Source: Octopus vulgaris (taxonomy: Eukaryota). From it: a stretch of 64,000 nt of DNA. Location: positions 119,350,001 to 119,414,000 of the forward strand of contig OX597815.1 of the NCBI GenBank assembly GCA_951406725.2. Direction: 5' to 3'. Below, one piece after another: positions 52,343-64,000 of this stretch (the first letter of the stretch is position 1; the number at the start of each line of letters is the position of its first letter). The notes beneath the pieces are model-generated. The model saw nothing but the letters and a program-made list of their open reading frames with translations. It did not search any database and had not been told where the DNA came from. The position numbers were made by a program, and so were the translations under genes.

Positions 52343-52712
52343 AGGCACAGGAGTGGCTGTGTGGTAAGTAGCTTGCTTACCAACCACATGGTTCCAGGTT
52401 CAGTCCCACAGAGTGGCACCTTAGGCAAGTGTCTTCTACTATAGCCTCGGGCTGACCAAAACCTTGTGAGTGGATTTGGTAGATGGAAACTGAAAGAAGC
52501 CCGTTGTATATATGTATATATATGTGTGTGTGTGTGTGTAGATGTTTGTGTGTCTGTGTTTGTCCCCCCAACATCGCTTGACAACCGATGCTGGTGTGTT
52601 TACGTCTGTAACTTAGCAGTTTGGCATAGGCTTACAAAGAATAAGTCCTGGGGTCGATTTGCTTCTCTAAAGGCAGTGCTCCAGCATGGCCATAAGTAAA
52701 AGAGTAAAGAGT
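52343..52712 (+). mobile_element. tRNA-derived SINE (dominant family)
   Basis: Head to tail with small deletions. Confidence 0.88.
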
Positions 52713-53285
52713 AGAAAGATGACTCAGTTGGTTAGTAACCTTAACAAGAATAACAAAAGGTTCAGTAGATCAATGACCTCGGGAGGCCATTCATTTGTTT
52801 TGGGTCAGTTTTACCAAACCATCATGAGTTAGATGAATATATTAATTAAAGTAGTTGGATACCTTTCCTGTCACTAACCCTTACCTGTTTTCAAGTAAAA
52901 GATTTTGAATTCCATCTTTCTTTAAAAACACAAAATCAGTGGATGAGACATTGACAGAGTAGATGATAACATGACTATTCGTAGCTCAGGGGTTATTGGA
53001 AAAGCAAATGTTAAGAATCAAACAAACACACACTCATGTACACATACACACATATGCACATACACACATGTGCACATACACACACACATGCATGCGTGCA
53101 TGCATGTGCATATATACATACACATACATGCAACAGACTTCTTTCAGTTTGCATCTACCAAATTCATTCACAAAGCTTTGTTCAGCCCAGGGTTTAAAAG
53201 TCATTTGTGCAGTGGTATTGAACCAGAAACTACATGGTTGCAAATGAACTTCTCTATCAAACAACTGTGCCTGCTCCTATTTACT

Positions 53286-53491
53286 TTACTTATTTGTTTC
53301 AGTCATTTGACTGTGGCCATGCAGGAGCACCTCCTTTACTCGAGCAAATAGACCCTAGGACTTATTCTTTGTAAGCCTAGTACTTATTCTATTAGTCTCT
53401 TTTGGCGAACTGCTAATTTACGGGGACGTAAACACACCAGCATCGGTTGTCAAGTGATGTTGGGGGGACAAACACAGACACACAAACACAT

Positions 53492-53542
<51 letters not shown>

Positions 53543-53705
53543 AGAGGCTTCTTTCAGTTTCCGTCTACCAAATCCACTCACAAGGCTTTGGTCGGCCTGA
53601 GGTTATAGTAGAAGACACTTGCCCAAGGTGCTATGCAGTGGGACTGAACTCAGAGCCATGTGGTTCGTAAGCAAGCTACTCACCACACAGCCACTCCTAC
53701 GCCTA
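53286..53705 (-). mobile_element. Full-length tRNA-derived SINE (dominant family)
   Basis: Same structure as 2098-2507. Confidence 0.9.
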
Positions 53706-54009
53706 TTTATATAAATATTTATAGAATAGAGATTCAGAAGCAATGTCCCAACAATGAGAGAGGGATTGAAGTTTTGCTGCCAAAATAGGATTGACAATGT
53801 TAGACACTCACTTTTGAACTCCAGTAAGAGAGAAAGGTCACAAAAAGAGACATGAGTCTAGATGTGACAACACTGAAAAAAAAAATCAATATTAAACACA
53901 TTTAGATTTTCTTGCTTTATTCTTGTATGTCTAAGGTGGCAAGTTGGCAGAATTGTTAGAGTGTCAAGGAAAAATGTTCTGCAGTACTTTTCTGACTCAT
54001 AATGTCCAT

Positions 54010-54405
54010 CAGCATCATCACCATCATCATCATTTAATGTCCATTGTCCATGCTGGCATTGGTTGGATGGTTTGACTGGGCTGGCACGCTGGAAGGCTGC
54101 ACTGGACTCCAGTCTGATTTGGCATGGTTTTCTATGGCTGGATACCCTTCCTAACACCAACCACTCTGAGAGTGTAATGGGTGCTGTTACATGTCACTGG
54201 CACAGGTGCAATTTGTGTGACACTGGTATCTGCCATGACTGTGATTTTACTTGGTTTGATGGGTCTTCTTCTCAAGCACAACATAATGCCAAAGGTCTTG
54301 GCCATTGCTTCCATGAGGCCCAATGTTTGAAAGGAACTTGGCCATTTTGCCTCCATGTGGCACAACGCTGGAAAGGAACTCACCCACCTCGCCTCCATGA
54401 GGCCC
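54010..54405 (-). mobile_element. RTE 3'-end fragment
   Basis: (CAT)n tail, CCATGCTGGCAT core and TCATGGAAGCAATGGCCAAGACCTTTGG ORF end. A similar copy lies at 56160-56620 (+). Confidence 0.75.
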
Positions 54406-54878
54406 CTGAGTTAAAATTCTGCCAAGGTTGACTTCACCTTTCATCCTCCAGAGGATTATAAAATAAGAACCCATTGAGTACTAGGGTCAATATAATCAAC
54501 TAACCTTCTCCCCTTGTGCCAAAATTTGAAATCATTATTAATGAATATTCCAGTGGTATATGATGGTCGTTGTATTGTGTGTCCTGCTAGTCTCATACTT
54601 CCATCACTCAGTATCCCTGACCCACTCATCCCCCCACCTCTTATCAGACTTGTGTCCAACTCACCCAGCTCAACATCACAATGTCCAGTCCATTCTTTCC
54701 AGGACATTAATCTTTTGGGATCTTCTCCTTGCTCATGTCTTTCATAAAGGCATTGACCTGCAACATGTTAATAGAATATTAATGGCACCAATTTCATCAG
54801 TCTCAGAGGCCCTGCAAGGGTTAAAGGCACATCTTCTTCTCTAGACTCAGCAAGTATAAACAAAAAGCAAAAGCAAAA

Positions 54879-55250
54879 GGCATGGCTGTGTGGTAAGAAG
54901 TTTACTTCCCAACCACATGGTTCCAGGTTCAGTCCCACTGTGTGGCACCTTGGGAGAGTATCTGCTACTATAGCCTTAGGTCAACCAAAGTCTTGTGAGT
55001 GAATTTAGTAGATTGAAACTGAAAGAAGCCAGTCATGTGTGTGTGTGTGTGAATGTGTCTGTGTTTGTTCCCTACCGCTACTTGATAACCGATGTTGGTG
55101 TGTTTACATCCCTGTTACTTAGCGCTTCAGCAAAAGAGATCAACAGAATAACTATCAGGCCTTAAAAAATAAGTGCTGGAATCATTTAACTAAAAATTCT
55201 TCAGGGTGGTGCCACAGTAGGGACACAGTCAAATGATTAAAACAAATTAA
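54879..55250 (+). mobile_element. tRNA-derived SINE (older subfamily of the dominant family)
   Basis: GGCATGGCTGTGTGGTAAGAAG head, conserved body and tail. Confidence 0.85.
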
Positions 55251-57176
55251 AGAAAAAAAAATGAAAGATAACAAAAATAAACTTCGAATTTGAAAGATTT
55301 TTGGAAAGGTCTGAGACTGACAGAGAACACTTCATTAGCCCAGATGTTGCTGATCCATGTAGCCTCAGTTCCTATAACTATCATCTGTATGTAGCTGATT
55401 ATAAGGGGGAAATAATAACAAGGGAATCTCTATGTAGTTGACTTGCAAGAAATAACAACCAAATTCATTTATCTTAAGTAAGGGAAGCACACACTAGTAA
55501 ATGAATGCCATTCCACATAACCCTTAAAGGAAGGGATGGTCACAGATGGTAATAGATGGCATATCTTTGATCATAGATCTGCTTCATCATGCTTAACCTG
55601 GAGCTAAACATCAACAACAACAAGATATGATGAACTGACATCCTATCTAAGAGAGAATCTATCATTTGCTTTTATAACATGAAACGAGAGCTAAGCTTAG
55701 AAAATATTAATTATTTTATTTTCATAGACTCCACCTTTGTTAGAAGTTAGATTTACATTAATCGAGTGATCAACAAAATTCATATGATTCTGTCATTAAT
55801 AGAGGATTTTGGACTAAATAAATCAATAGACCTCATATTTTTCATCTGTGATAACATTTCTACAGCATCAGCTCCTCAGTCTTCCTCCTCCTCCCGCTCA
55901 GATGCTTTCACACATCATGTACATAGATTCTAGTTTTATGTATGTTAGCAAAAATAAATAATAGTGTTGTTTCAATTTTATGACTGTTGAAAATGTTGCT
56001 GACACAGGCATAGCTGGTTCCCAGCCCTTTTAATATCTAAGCCAGATCCAAATCTGGATTTTTTCATTTTGTATGTGTGTGGTGGTGGTGGTGGGGGGGA
56101 GTCAAAAGGATAAAACATGTCAATTAAAGAAAAATTTATTATGTTTATAGTGAAATCACAGCCATGACAGATACTGGTGCAATATGTTGTGCTTGAGTAC
56201 AAGAGCCATCAAGCCAAGTGAAATTGTAGTCATGACAGACACTGGTGTCACACAACTGGCACCCATGCCAGTGGCATATAAAAAGCACCTTTCAAGCATT
56301 GGGTCTCATGGAGGCAAAGACAAATGACTGAGACCTTTGGCAATATACCATGCTTGAAAAGAAGACCCATCAAGCTAAGTGAAATCATAGTCATAGCAGA
56401 TACTGGTGTTGTGCAACTGGCACCCATGCCAGTGGAATGCAAAAGCATCCATTATACTCTCAGCATGGTTGGTGTTAAGAAGGGCATCCAGCCGTAGAAA
56501 CCATGCCAAATCAGACTGGAGTCGGATGCAGCTCCTCAGCTTCCCAACCCTGGTCAAACCATCCAATCCATGGCAGCATGGACAACAGATGTAAGATGAT
56601 AATGATGATGATGATGATGAGGGAAGACTGTTGAGGACTGCTAGAAGGATGCTTGAGGGCTGAATGTGATCCAGGGAAACATGGTTGAGAGTTGCTGGGT
56701 TAACAGCTCAGTGTGCAACCATATGGTTTTGGATTCAATCCCACTGTGTAGCACACCGAGCAAATGACAGCCTAGGTTGATCAATGCCTTGTGAGTGAAT
56801 TTGGTAAATAGAAACAGTGTTGAAACCCCTTGTATACATGTGTGTGTGTCCATGTGTGTGTGTGCATGGACTTATATGTCTGTGCGTCTGTGTGTCTTTA
56901 TGTATGTGTTTGTCTGCACCTCCAATGCTTGACAACTGATGTTGGTTTGTTTACATCCCTGTAATTTAGTGGTTCAGCAAAAGAGTCTGGTGTAAATGAG
57001 TACTGGGGTCGATTTGTTTGAGTAAATCCTTCACAGTGATGTTTTGGCATGGCCACAGTCCAATGAGTGAAACAAGTAAAAGATAAAAAAAATAAAGATA
57101 AATGTGGTCTGAAACCAGGGTTTTGCTAATTTTCAGCAGTAAAGCTCTCACCCTGTAGTAAGGAATATATTGCTAA

Positions 57177-57332
57177 CACTAGTATAGCTAGTGTGTCTGC
57201 CGCCTGGAGTGGCTTTTCCGTTTGCCACCCCGGGGCCCCACAAAAAACACATATTACTTACAGCAGACCCAAAAGTGCTGCCACTTTAAAAGAGCCAACC
57301 AGGGTGGACCACCCCTACATAATATGCTAGTA
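57177..57332. mobile_element. Possible degraded hAT-type MITE
   Basis: Ends CACTAGTATA and TATGCTAGTA; flanks ATTGCTAA and GTTGCTTA match at 6 of 8 positions; GC-rich subterminal motifs. Confidence 0.35.
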
Positions 57333-58499
57333 GTTGCTTAGATAAAGCTAAGAGCACTTAAGAGCCTAAAAATCGCTGATGTTGTTGATTTTAACCCCAG
57401 TTAGTATTGATCCAGCTATAATCTTCTTATATGTCTTTACAAATGCTGTTTATCTAAGAATATATTATCCAATGTATCCTTTCTTCTTTAAGATGGTTGT
57501 GTGTGATTCTAAGGAGATTTTATTGCCATTTATGTTGGACAATATATATTCCTAGGTACATTGAATAAGCATGGCTGTGTAGTTAAGAAGTTTCCCAGCT
57601 GCATGGTTCAATTCATCTGTGTGACACACCAGACATAAGTCTTTTGCTATATAGCTGCAGGCCAACCAAAGACTTGTCAGTGAATATTTAGCAGCCAGAA
57701 ACTGAAAGGAAGCCATTGCTGTTGTTGTCATTGCCAATGCCACTGCTGCTGCACTTGTTGCTGCTGCTGCCACTGCTGCCACCACTTCCACCCTTGTTAA
57801 TTTATTTATTTTTACCATTGATATGCAAAAAGTTGTTGAAACTGGTTTGGTATTTGAATAAATCTTTTACAAAATTTTAAAACAACTGCACATTTTGAGA
57901 CTCAGGTGAATTTTCAAATCCCCAAATAAATTCTCCAATATTTTATCTTGTGTGGGCACACACTTCTATTCTCCATATTTATATTGAAGACATTGACCGC
58001 CCTGGTGAAAACAGCGATTAAAGTGTTTATCAAATAAACCAATAAGAGTGAAATAGTAACATGACCTGGTTTCCAGGCAGTATATCCTTCCCTTGATCAG
58101 TAGGGTTAAAAAGTCAGTTTTGAACAATTTTTAGAACAACATCCAACACACAGTTAAACAGAAGAACTAAAGGCTTACCATTCAGTCAGAATAAATTCTC
58201 CATTTGGAGAAGTAAAAAAAATAGCAGTCAAATATGTCCAGAAGAGGCCATTGTTTTATAACATCATAATGCACTCTAAAAATGCAAATATGGACAATAA
58301 CAATTGGCCAAAACATAATATAGGTGAAAAAATGTAAGAACTAATTAATTGACTGCACTATGATTAAAGAATGATTATTCCATGTATATTCTCTGTTTTC
58401 TTTAAACTATTACTGTTTCCTGCACCAGTTTCGCATAGCAGCCCCAGCACATCCAAAGTACCTGGATTGCAGAACGACCTGCCATGTTTACCTTTGTTC

Positions 58500-58819
58500 A
58501 TAGGGTGACCTGCTGTGCTTGAGGAGACCTACTGAGTCAAGTAGATCAACATCAAAATAATATGTGATACCTGTGCCAGTGGCACGTAAAAAGCACCAAC
58601 CAATCATGGCCACTGCCAGCCTCCCCTGGCACCTGTGCCGGTGGCACATAAAAAGCACCCACTACACTCACGGAATTGTTGGCGTTAGGGAGGGCATCCA
58701 GCTGTAGAAACACTGCCAGATCATACTGGAGCCAGGTGCAGCCTCCTGGCTTCCCAGACCCCAGCTGAACCGTCCAACCCATGCTAGCATGGAAAACGGA
58801 CATTAAACAATGCTGATGA

Positions 58820-58825
<6 letters not shown>
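58500..58825 (+). mobile_element. RTE 3'-end fragment with (GAT)n tail running into (TA)n
   Basis: Homologous to 28390-28685. Confidence 0.85.
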
Positions 58826-58861
<36 letters not shown>

Positions 58862-58869
<8 letters not shown>

Positions 58870-60086
58870 GTAAAAAGTGAAAAAACTACAGAAGGCTTAA
58901 ATTTTAAAAAATATATATTTGCGTCAATATGTCTGAAGAATATTAAAAAAAATTTTTTCTCTTATAATGACATAATTTAGAAGAAAGACCAGTTTCGTGT
59001 TTAGCTTTTCAAATTTCTTGCGACGTTATGTTTATGTTGAACAGGGTTATCGTTATGTTTATGTTCAAAAGAGTTCTAAATAAGGGGAGGTAATGAGTGA
59101 TTTCTTCCGGTGTAAGGGAGATAATCGCTTAAAAATTTTTTTCCTTTCCCTTGGTGTGAATTTCTCTGTATCAGTATGTTGGGATGGTTAAGTCTGGGCT
59201 TGTACTTTTCAATGAAGAATGTTTCCTTGTTTAGTCTAATTTGCGTTGATGATCCGATAGCACATTGGTAAAATGGAAAGATTAAAAATTGTGGTAGTAG
59301 TTGCTTTGCACATTTCTCAATGTGCTCACTAAAAGGTATCATTCTGTATTCTGGGAATGCAATCTGTTGTCGATGCAGTGTGCATCTACGTCTGAGTGAT
59401 AGTCCCGTGGAGCCCACATAGTCTTGGTGGCAGCCCGAGCATTTTATGACATAAATTATGTTTTCAGAGGCACAAGTAAAGTTAGATTTGATCTTGAATT
59501 TCTGTCCCTCTTTAAAGAGGAATTCTGATCCTTCTAGCAGGTTTGGACATGTTGCACAGTTCGATCTACCACATTTTTTAACTTTTACATCCGTAATATC
59601 AGAAGACAATTTTGCCTTTGTGAGAATCTTTTTAAGTGATTTAGGTTGTTTGTAGCTTTTAATGATTTGGTGTATGTTTAGAATTTCCTTTAATTTGGGG
59701 TCCTTATGAAGTATTGGTAAATTCTGGGTGATGATGGTGAAGGCTTCTTTGTTTCTGGGGTTGTATGTAGATATGTAAGGTAGTATTTTCGGGGAAGGTG
59801 TGTTGTTGTGTTGAACTTTTCTTAAAGTTTCTATGTTGATTTCTGTTGCATGTCTGATCCCATCCTCTATGAGTTGAGCTGGGTAATGTCTGTCAATTAG
59901 GGTGTTTTTGAGTTCTTGCAGTCTAAAGTTCCTGGTATTTTGTTCTGACACTATCGTGCATATCCTTCTTGCAAGGTTGAAGGGGATGTTTGTTTTAGTG
60001 TGTCTTGGGTGGCATGAATTAAAAAGCGGCCAGATAACTGAAGAGATGGCGGCATGGGTTTCTGCCCCGACATCAAAAAATCCGAG

Positions 60087-60088
<2 letters not shown>
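58862..60088 (-). mobile_element. 5'-truncated Penelope-like retroelement (Neptune-like architecture)
   Basis: Coding remnant plus a 3' region ending at (TA)n. The 5' side is bounded by an oppositely oriented hammerhead-like segment and (GT)n. Confidence 0.88.
59076..60023 (-). CDS. PLE ORF C-terminal part: RT thumb, Cys linker and GIY-YIG endonuclease
   Basis: Frame is open upstream of the listed start: FNSCHPRHTKTNIPFNLARRICTIVSEQ (PLE S.HP motif). Also KKCGRSNCATC linker, NIIYVIKCSGCHQDYVGST..LRRRCTLH, HIEKC, RLNKETFFI..YKPRLN. Confidence 0.9.
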   Translation of the reverse strand, partial: FNSCHPRHTKTNIPFNLARRICTIVSEQNTRNFRLQELKNTLIDRHYPAQLIEDGIRHATEINIETLRKVQHNNTPSPKILPYISTYNPRNKEAFTIITQNLPILHKDPKLKEILNIHQIIKSYKQPKSLKKILTKAKLSSDITDVKVKKCGRSNCATCPNLLEGSEFLFKEGQKFKIKSNFTCASENIIYVIKCSGCHQDYVGSTGLSLRRRCTLHRQQIAFPEYRMIPFSEHIEKCAKQLLPQFLIFPFYQCAIGSSTQIRLNKETFFIEKYKPRLNHPNILIQRNSHQGKGKKFLSDYLPYTGRNHSLPPLI

Positions 60089-60170
<82 letters not shown>

Positions 60171-60376
60171 TTGACCACTAACTCCAAAAGTTTTTTTTAT
60201 TCTCCCTCTATTTATTTCCGCATGTTCCTTTCTGTTGAAGAGTTTCGGCTCGAAACATAAAAGACTTTCTCACCTTCTCGAGTGTCAAACTAATACACTT
60301 GCTTGTTGTTTATACACCTGTCTTCATCTTTTGTTTTACTGTAAATTTCAACTATATATATATATATAAATATAAA

Positions 60377-60918
60377 TGGAGTTATGGCTGCTCTGTCTAG
60401 TGGACGAATGGCCTGTTAAGGCCATTCCTAAATTGTTATATATTTACATTTTAGTCTCATGACTATTTTTCTTTTCCACTGGGCCGCTGGTAGTGATAAA
60501 TTTCTATCGAAGTTTTTACTACCCTAAATTGATTTATTGATTATTTTCTGACTAATTCTGAGATTGAATCGGCAGTTTATATTTGCTTCTGATAAGGTTG
60601 GCGCGATTGCGCTGGTCTTCGAAAATTTTAAGACAGATATTCCAGAGGCTTCGATGCAGTAGCCTCGTGTATATTTGCCTCTACCAAAGGTTTCTTTACT
60701 GACGAAGCGTGACCTATGGTAGATTAGCTTAATTTAATTTAATTAAGCTGGTCTATCATTAAAAACGCAGAAACGATGCATCATCTAAAAGATGAATTAG
60801 GGTAAACGTTTTTAATTTTTCACCTATTTCCGAATTATATTACTTGGCGGTTGGAGTTATGGCTGCTCTGTCTAGTGGACGAATGGCCTGTTAAGGCCAT
60901 TCCTAAATTGTTATATAT
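60377..60918 (+). mobile_element. Non-coding module with identical 67-bp direct repeats flanking a hammerhead motif
   Basis: 60377-60443 is identical to 60852-60918. CTGACGA at 60699-60705, long stem II hairpin, then GAAACGATGCATCATC. Confidence 0.75.
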
Positions 60919-60924
60919 AAATAT

Positions 60925-60991
<67 letters not shown>

Positions 60992-61306
60992 TAGATATAC
61001 ATACATTTACAAACATATATACATACACATATACATATATATATACATACCCATATATATATATACATATGTGTGTGTGTCTGTATGTGTGTGTGTGTGT
61101 GTGTGTGTGTGCATATATGTATATAAGGTTTACTTTTCCATTAAGGCAAGATCAATGAAAAAAGTACTCCAACTGGTAAGAGATAAATGACCCTGAAGAC
61201 TACTTGGAGATACAAGGTGTTTTATAAAAACCTGCCTAGTCTAAACCTCTTGTGTATGAAACTATTTGTAGCTCATAACTACACATTGTGTACATTATGC
61301 AATATA

Positions 61307-61342
<36 letters not shown>

Positions 61343-61443
61343 TATGATGGCCATCCACTTGTGACCAAGGAAGACCATTGCTGATCTTTTGGAACATTGT
61401 GCACTCTAGGACTAACTTATATTTTGCATTTGCGGCCCCACAA

Positions 61444-61474
<31 letters not shown>

Positions 61475-62552
61475 TGTATGTATACAATATATTATCATCA
61501 TTTAATATCTGTTTTCCAACTGCCATAAATACATATACAGAGAGAGAGAGAGTGGGTATCTTCACAGTTTATAGTTCTACATTTCCTTCTTGTCTGCATC
61601 CCTAGAGAATATTATTCAAGGGAAAATAGTACCAAGACCCAGTATTATCTTGGGAGTCACATATATACTATTTTCAAAAGTTATTGGCAGCTCGTGAACC
61701 ATACTTTGGCCACTGTTGTAATAGTTTAAGAGATTTTCATTTTCAGTGTATGTTCTTTAGCAAGATTTCTATTCCATGAGCCTTACAACTACCAGAAAAG
61801 AAGGTGGTGCTTTTTTGTGCATGTGTGTGCATAGTGTTGTTGTTAGTGGTGGTGGTGATGGTGGTGCTGGTGCTGGTGCTGGTGCTGGTGGGACTGCTGC
61901 AGATGCTGGTGATGGCAGTGGTGGTCGTTGTGGTGGAGACTAGAACATATGTTATTAACACATAAAAGTATAGCTATGTCTTTTTTGTGCTTCCTTCGAC
62001 CATTCTGTCACAATATGACAATGACGATGATGATGACGACGATGATAATGATGAGGAGGAAGAGGAGAATGAGGAGGATATCAAAGTCGATGATAATGAG
62101 AAAGGAGGATGAAAATGAAGAAGTCAAAGAATGATGGAGGGATGTTGTTGTTGCTGGTTGTGGTGGTGATGGTGATGGTTATGGCAGTGGTGGTAGTAAT
62201 GACAGTGGGAGCAGCAGTAGCGGTGATGCTGGTGTTGGATCAGTGTTCATTTATTATTTGTATCACCAAAAGCAAATAGCATTGCATTTCAATGATAAGG
62301 TAGGTGATGATGTACAAGTGATTGTGTGACTACACTGTTTCTGCATTCACATGCACACACATGCACACACACACGCGTGCACATACACACATATGCAGGT
62401 GCATGTGCACATATGCAGGGCGATAGGAGACATGCGTTGGCATGTGTTACACGGTGCAATTGCATTAGAACAAGTTTAACGAGAGACATTTTTCAGTCTC
62501 AGCGATCTGAACATGCATCAGATACTGATATGAAGGAGAGGGAGAGGTAAAG

Positions 62553-62630
<78 letters not shown>

Positions 62631-62735
62631 GAAGGAAGCAAGGAAGAAAGATGAAAGAAAGACAGAAAGAAAGGATGGAAGGAAAGAAGGAAGAAAGAAA
62701 GAAAGACAGAAAGAAAGAAACAAAGAAAGAAAGCA
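62553..62735. repeat. (GAAA)n microsatellite
   Basis: Directly visible in the sequence. Confidence 0.95.
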
Positions 62736-62968
62736 ATATTAATAAACAGACAAATATGAAGATGGAAACACCTTCATGCTATCTACATAATGTAGGCATA
62801 GGAGTGGCTGTGTGGTAAGTAGTTTGCTTATAAACTACATGGATCCGGGTTCAGTCCCACTGCATAGCACCTTGGGCAAGTGTCTTCTACTATAGCCTCA
62901 GGCCAGCCAAAGCCTTGTGAGTGGATTTGGTAAACAGAAACTGAAAGAAGCCCGTCGTATATATGTAT

Positions 62969-63225
62969 ATCATCATCATCATTTAACATCCATTTTCCGC
63001 GCTAGCGGGTTGGACGGTTCGACTGGGGTCTGGGAAGCCAGAAGGCTGCACCAGGCTCCAGTCTGATCTGGCAGTGTTTCTACAGCTGGATGCACTTCCT
63101 AATGCCAACCACTCCACGAGTGTAGTGGGTGCTTTTTATGTGCCAGGGGAGTCTGGCAGCGGCACAATCGGTTGGTGCTTTTAATGTGCCACCGGCACAG
63201 AAGCCAGTCAAGGCGGCGCTGGCAA
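62969..63225 (-). mobile_element. RTE 3'-end fragment nested in the SINE
   Basis: (CAT)n tail plus reverse complement of the RTE 3' UTR. Confidence 0.85.
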
Positions 63226-63251
63226 TATATATATATATATATATATATATA

Positions 63252-63627
63252 CTAGCAGTATCTCCTGGCGTTGCTCGGGTTTGTTTCGACCCTTAAGAAT
63301 TGGAATTTTTAAAAAGTAAAAATTTTGCATTATGTAGCTTGTTATTCTCTTTAAGTGAACATTTTTTTTGTTGAAATACACCGAAAAATGGCAACACAGC
63401 GGTCAAAACATCGTAAAAAATAGGGATTTTTATAGAAAAAAAGGCTCCTTTTTGATGTAAATAACATGGTCCAATTTGAATTTTTTCTTCTACGGAAGGA
63501 AGAGCAAGCCTTCTTCTATGATACTCTCAATTTTGGTCAACTTGCGCTGCAAGCTCTTGGAGAAGATAGTGTTAGTTGAAGGCTACCAAACCTGCCATAC
63601 ACAGACAACTTCAGCTTTATATATAGA
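63252..63627 (-). mobile_element. Non-autonomous Helitron nested in the SINE
   Basis: Minus 3' end CAAACCCGAGCAACGCCAGGAGATACTG-CTAG|T; 5' end TCTATATATAAAG (exact boundary uncertain by a few bp). Confidence 0.8.
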
Positions 63628-64000
63628 GAGACATATGTATGTGTGTGTGTATGTTTTTGTGTGTCTGAGTTTGTTCCCCACAACATCGCTTGACAACCAA
63701 TGCTGATGTGTTTACGTCCCCGTAACTTAGCAGTTCAGCAAAAGAGACCGATAGAATAAGTACTAGGCTTACGAAGAATAAGTCCTGAGGTTGATTTGCT
63801 CGACTAAAGTCGGTGCTCCAGAATGGCCACAGTCAAAAGACTGAAATAAGTAAAAGAGTAAATGATAAAGATAAAGATGAAAAATGTGTTAATATGATAT
63901 GAAAATGCAAAATTTTTCATATTAGCTGTAATATGGTGACATCACCATCGTTGTCAATGTCGTCATCGTCGTCATCATCATCATCCATCATCCATCATCA

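Larger units (their letters stand above)
62794..63860 (+). mobile_element. SINE (dominant family) with nested RTE fragment and Helitron
   Basis: Head 62794-62968 and tail 63633-63860, with the inserts between them. Confidence 0.85.

Noticed and set aside
58100-58310. Possible mariner transposase remnant (HHNAL, resembling HDNA)
   Set aside because: Too degraded; no TIRs or continuous frame to support it.

Overview
Repeat-dense, AT-rich eukaryotic DNA with no host protein-coding exon that I can support. The SINE families and the (TA)n/(CAT)n/(ATGT)n microsatellite load resemble an octopus (coleoid cephalopod) genome; this is recalled resemblance, not a search result. Contents: (1) a young, 5'-truncated RTE-clade LINE with an uninterrupted APE-RT-PHD-like frame (25067-27856) and a 3' UTR minisatellite, plus many shorter RTE 3' fragments; (2) a 5'-truncated Penelope-like element (PLE) with a Cys-rich linker and a C-terminal GIY-YIG endonuclease (minus strand, ~58860-60090); (3) three non-autonomous Helitron loci, one an exact head-to-tail dimer; (4) an internally deleted hAT (Charlie/Buster-type) element with an 8-bp TSD; (5) many tRNA-derived SINEs. 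The most interesting signal is invisible in the ORF track: more than a dozen hammerhead-ribozyme (HHR) cores, several complete. They sit in short (TA)n-flanked modules arranged as inverted or direct repeats. Examples are a 130-bp near-perfect palindrome of two back-to-back hammerheads (29921-30050) and a 3.4-kb element with ~370-bp inverted arms, each carrying an intact outward-facing hammerhead (30655-34017). All folds and alignments were done by eye.
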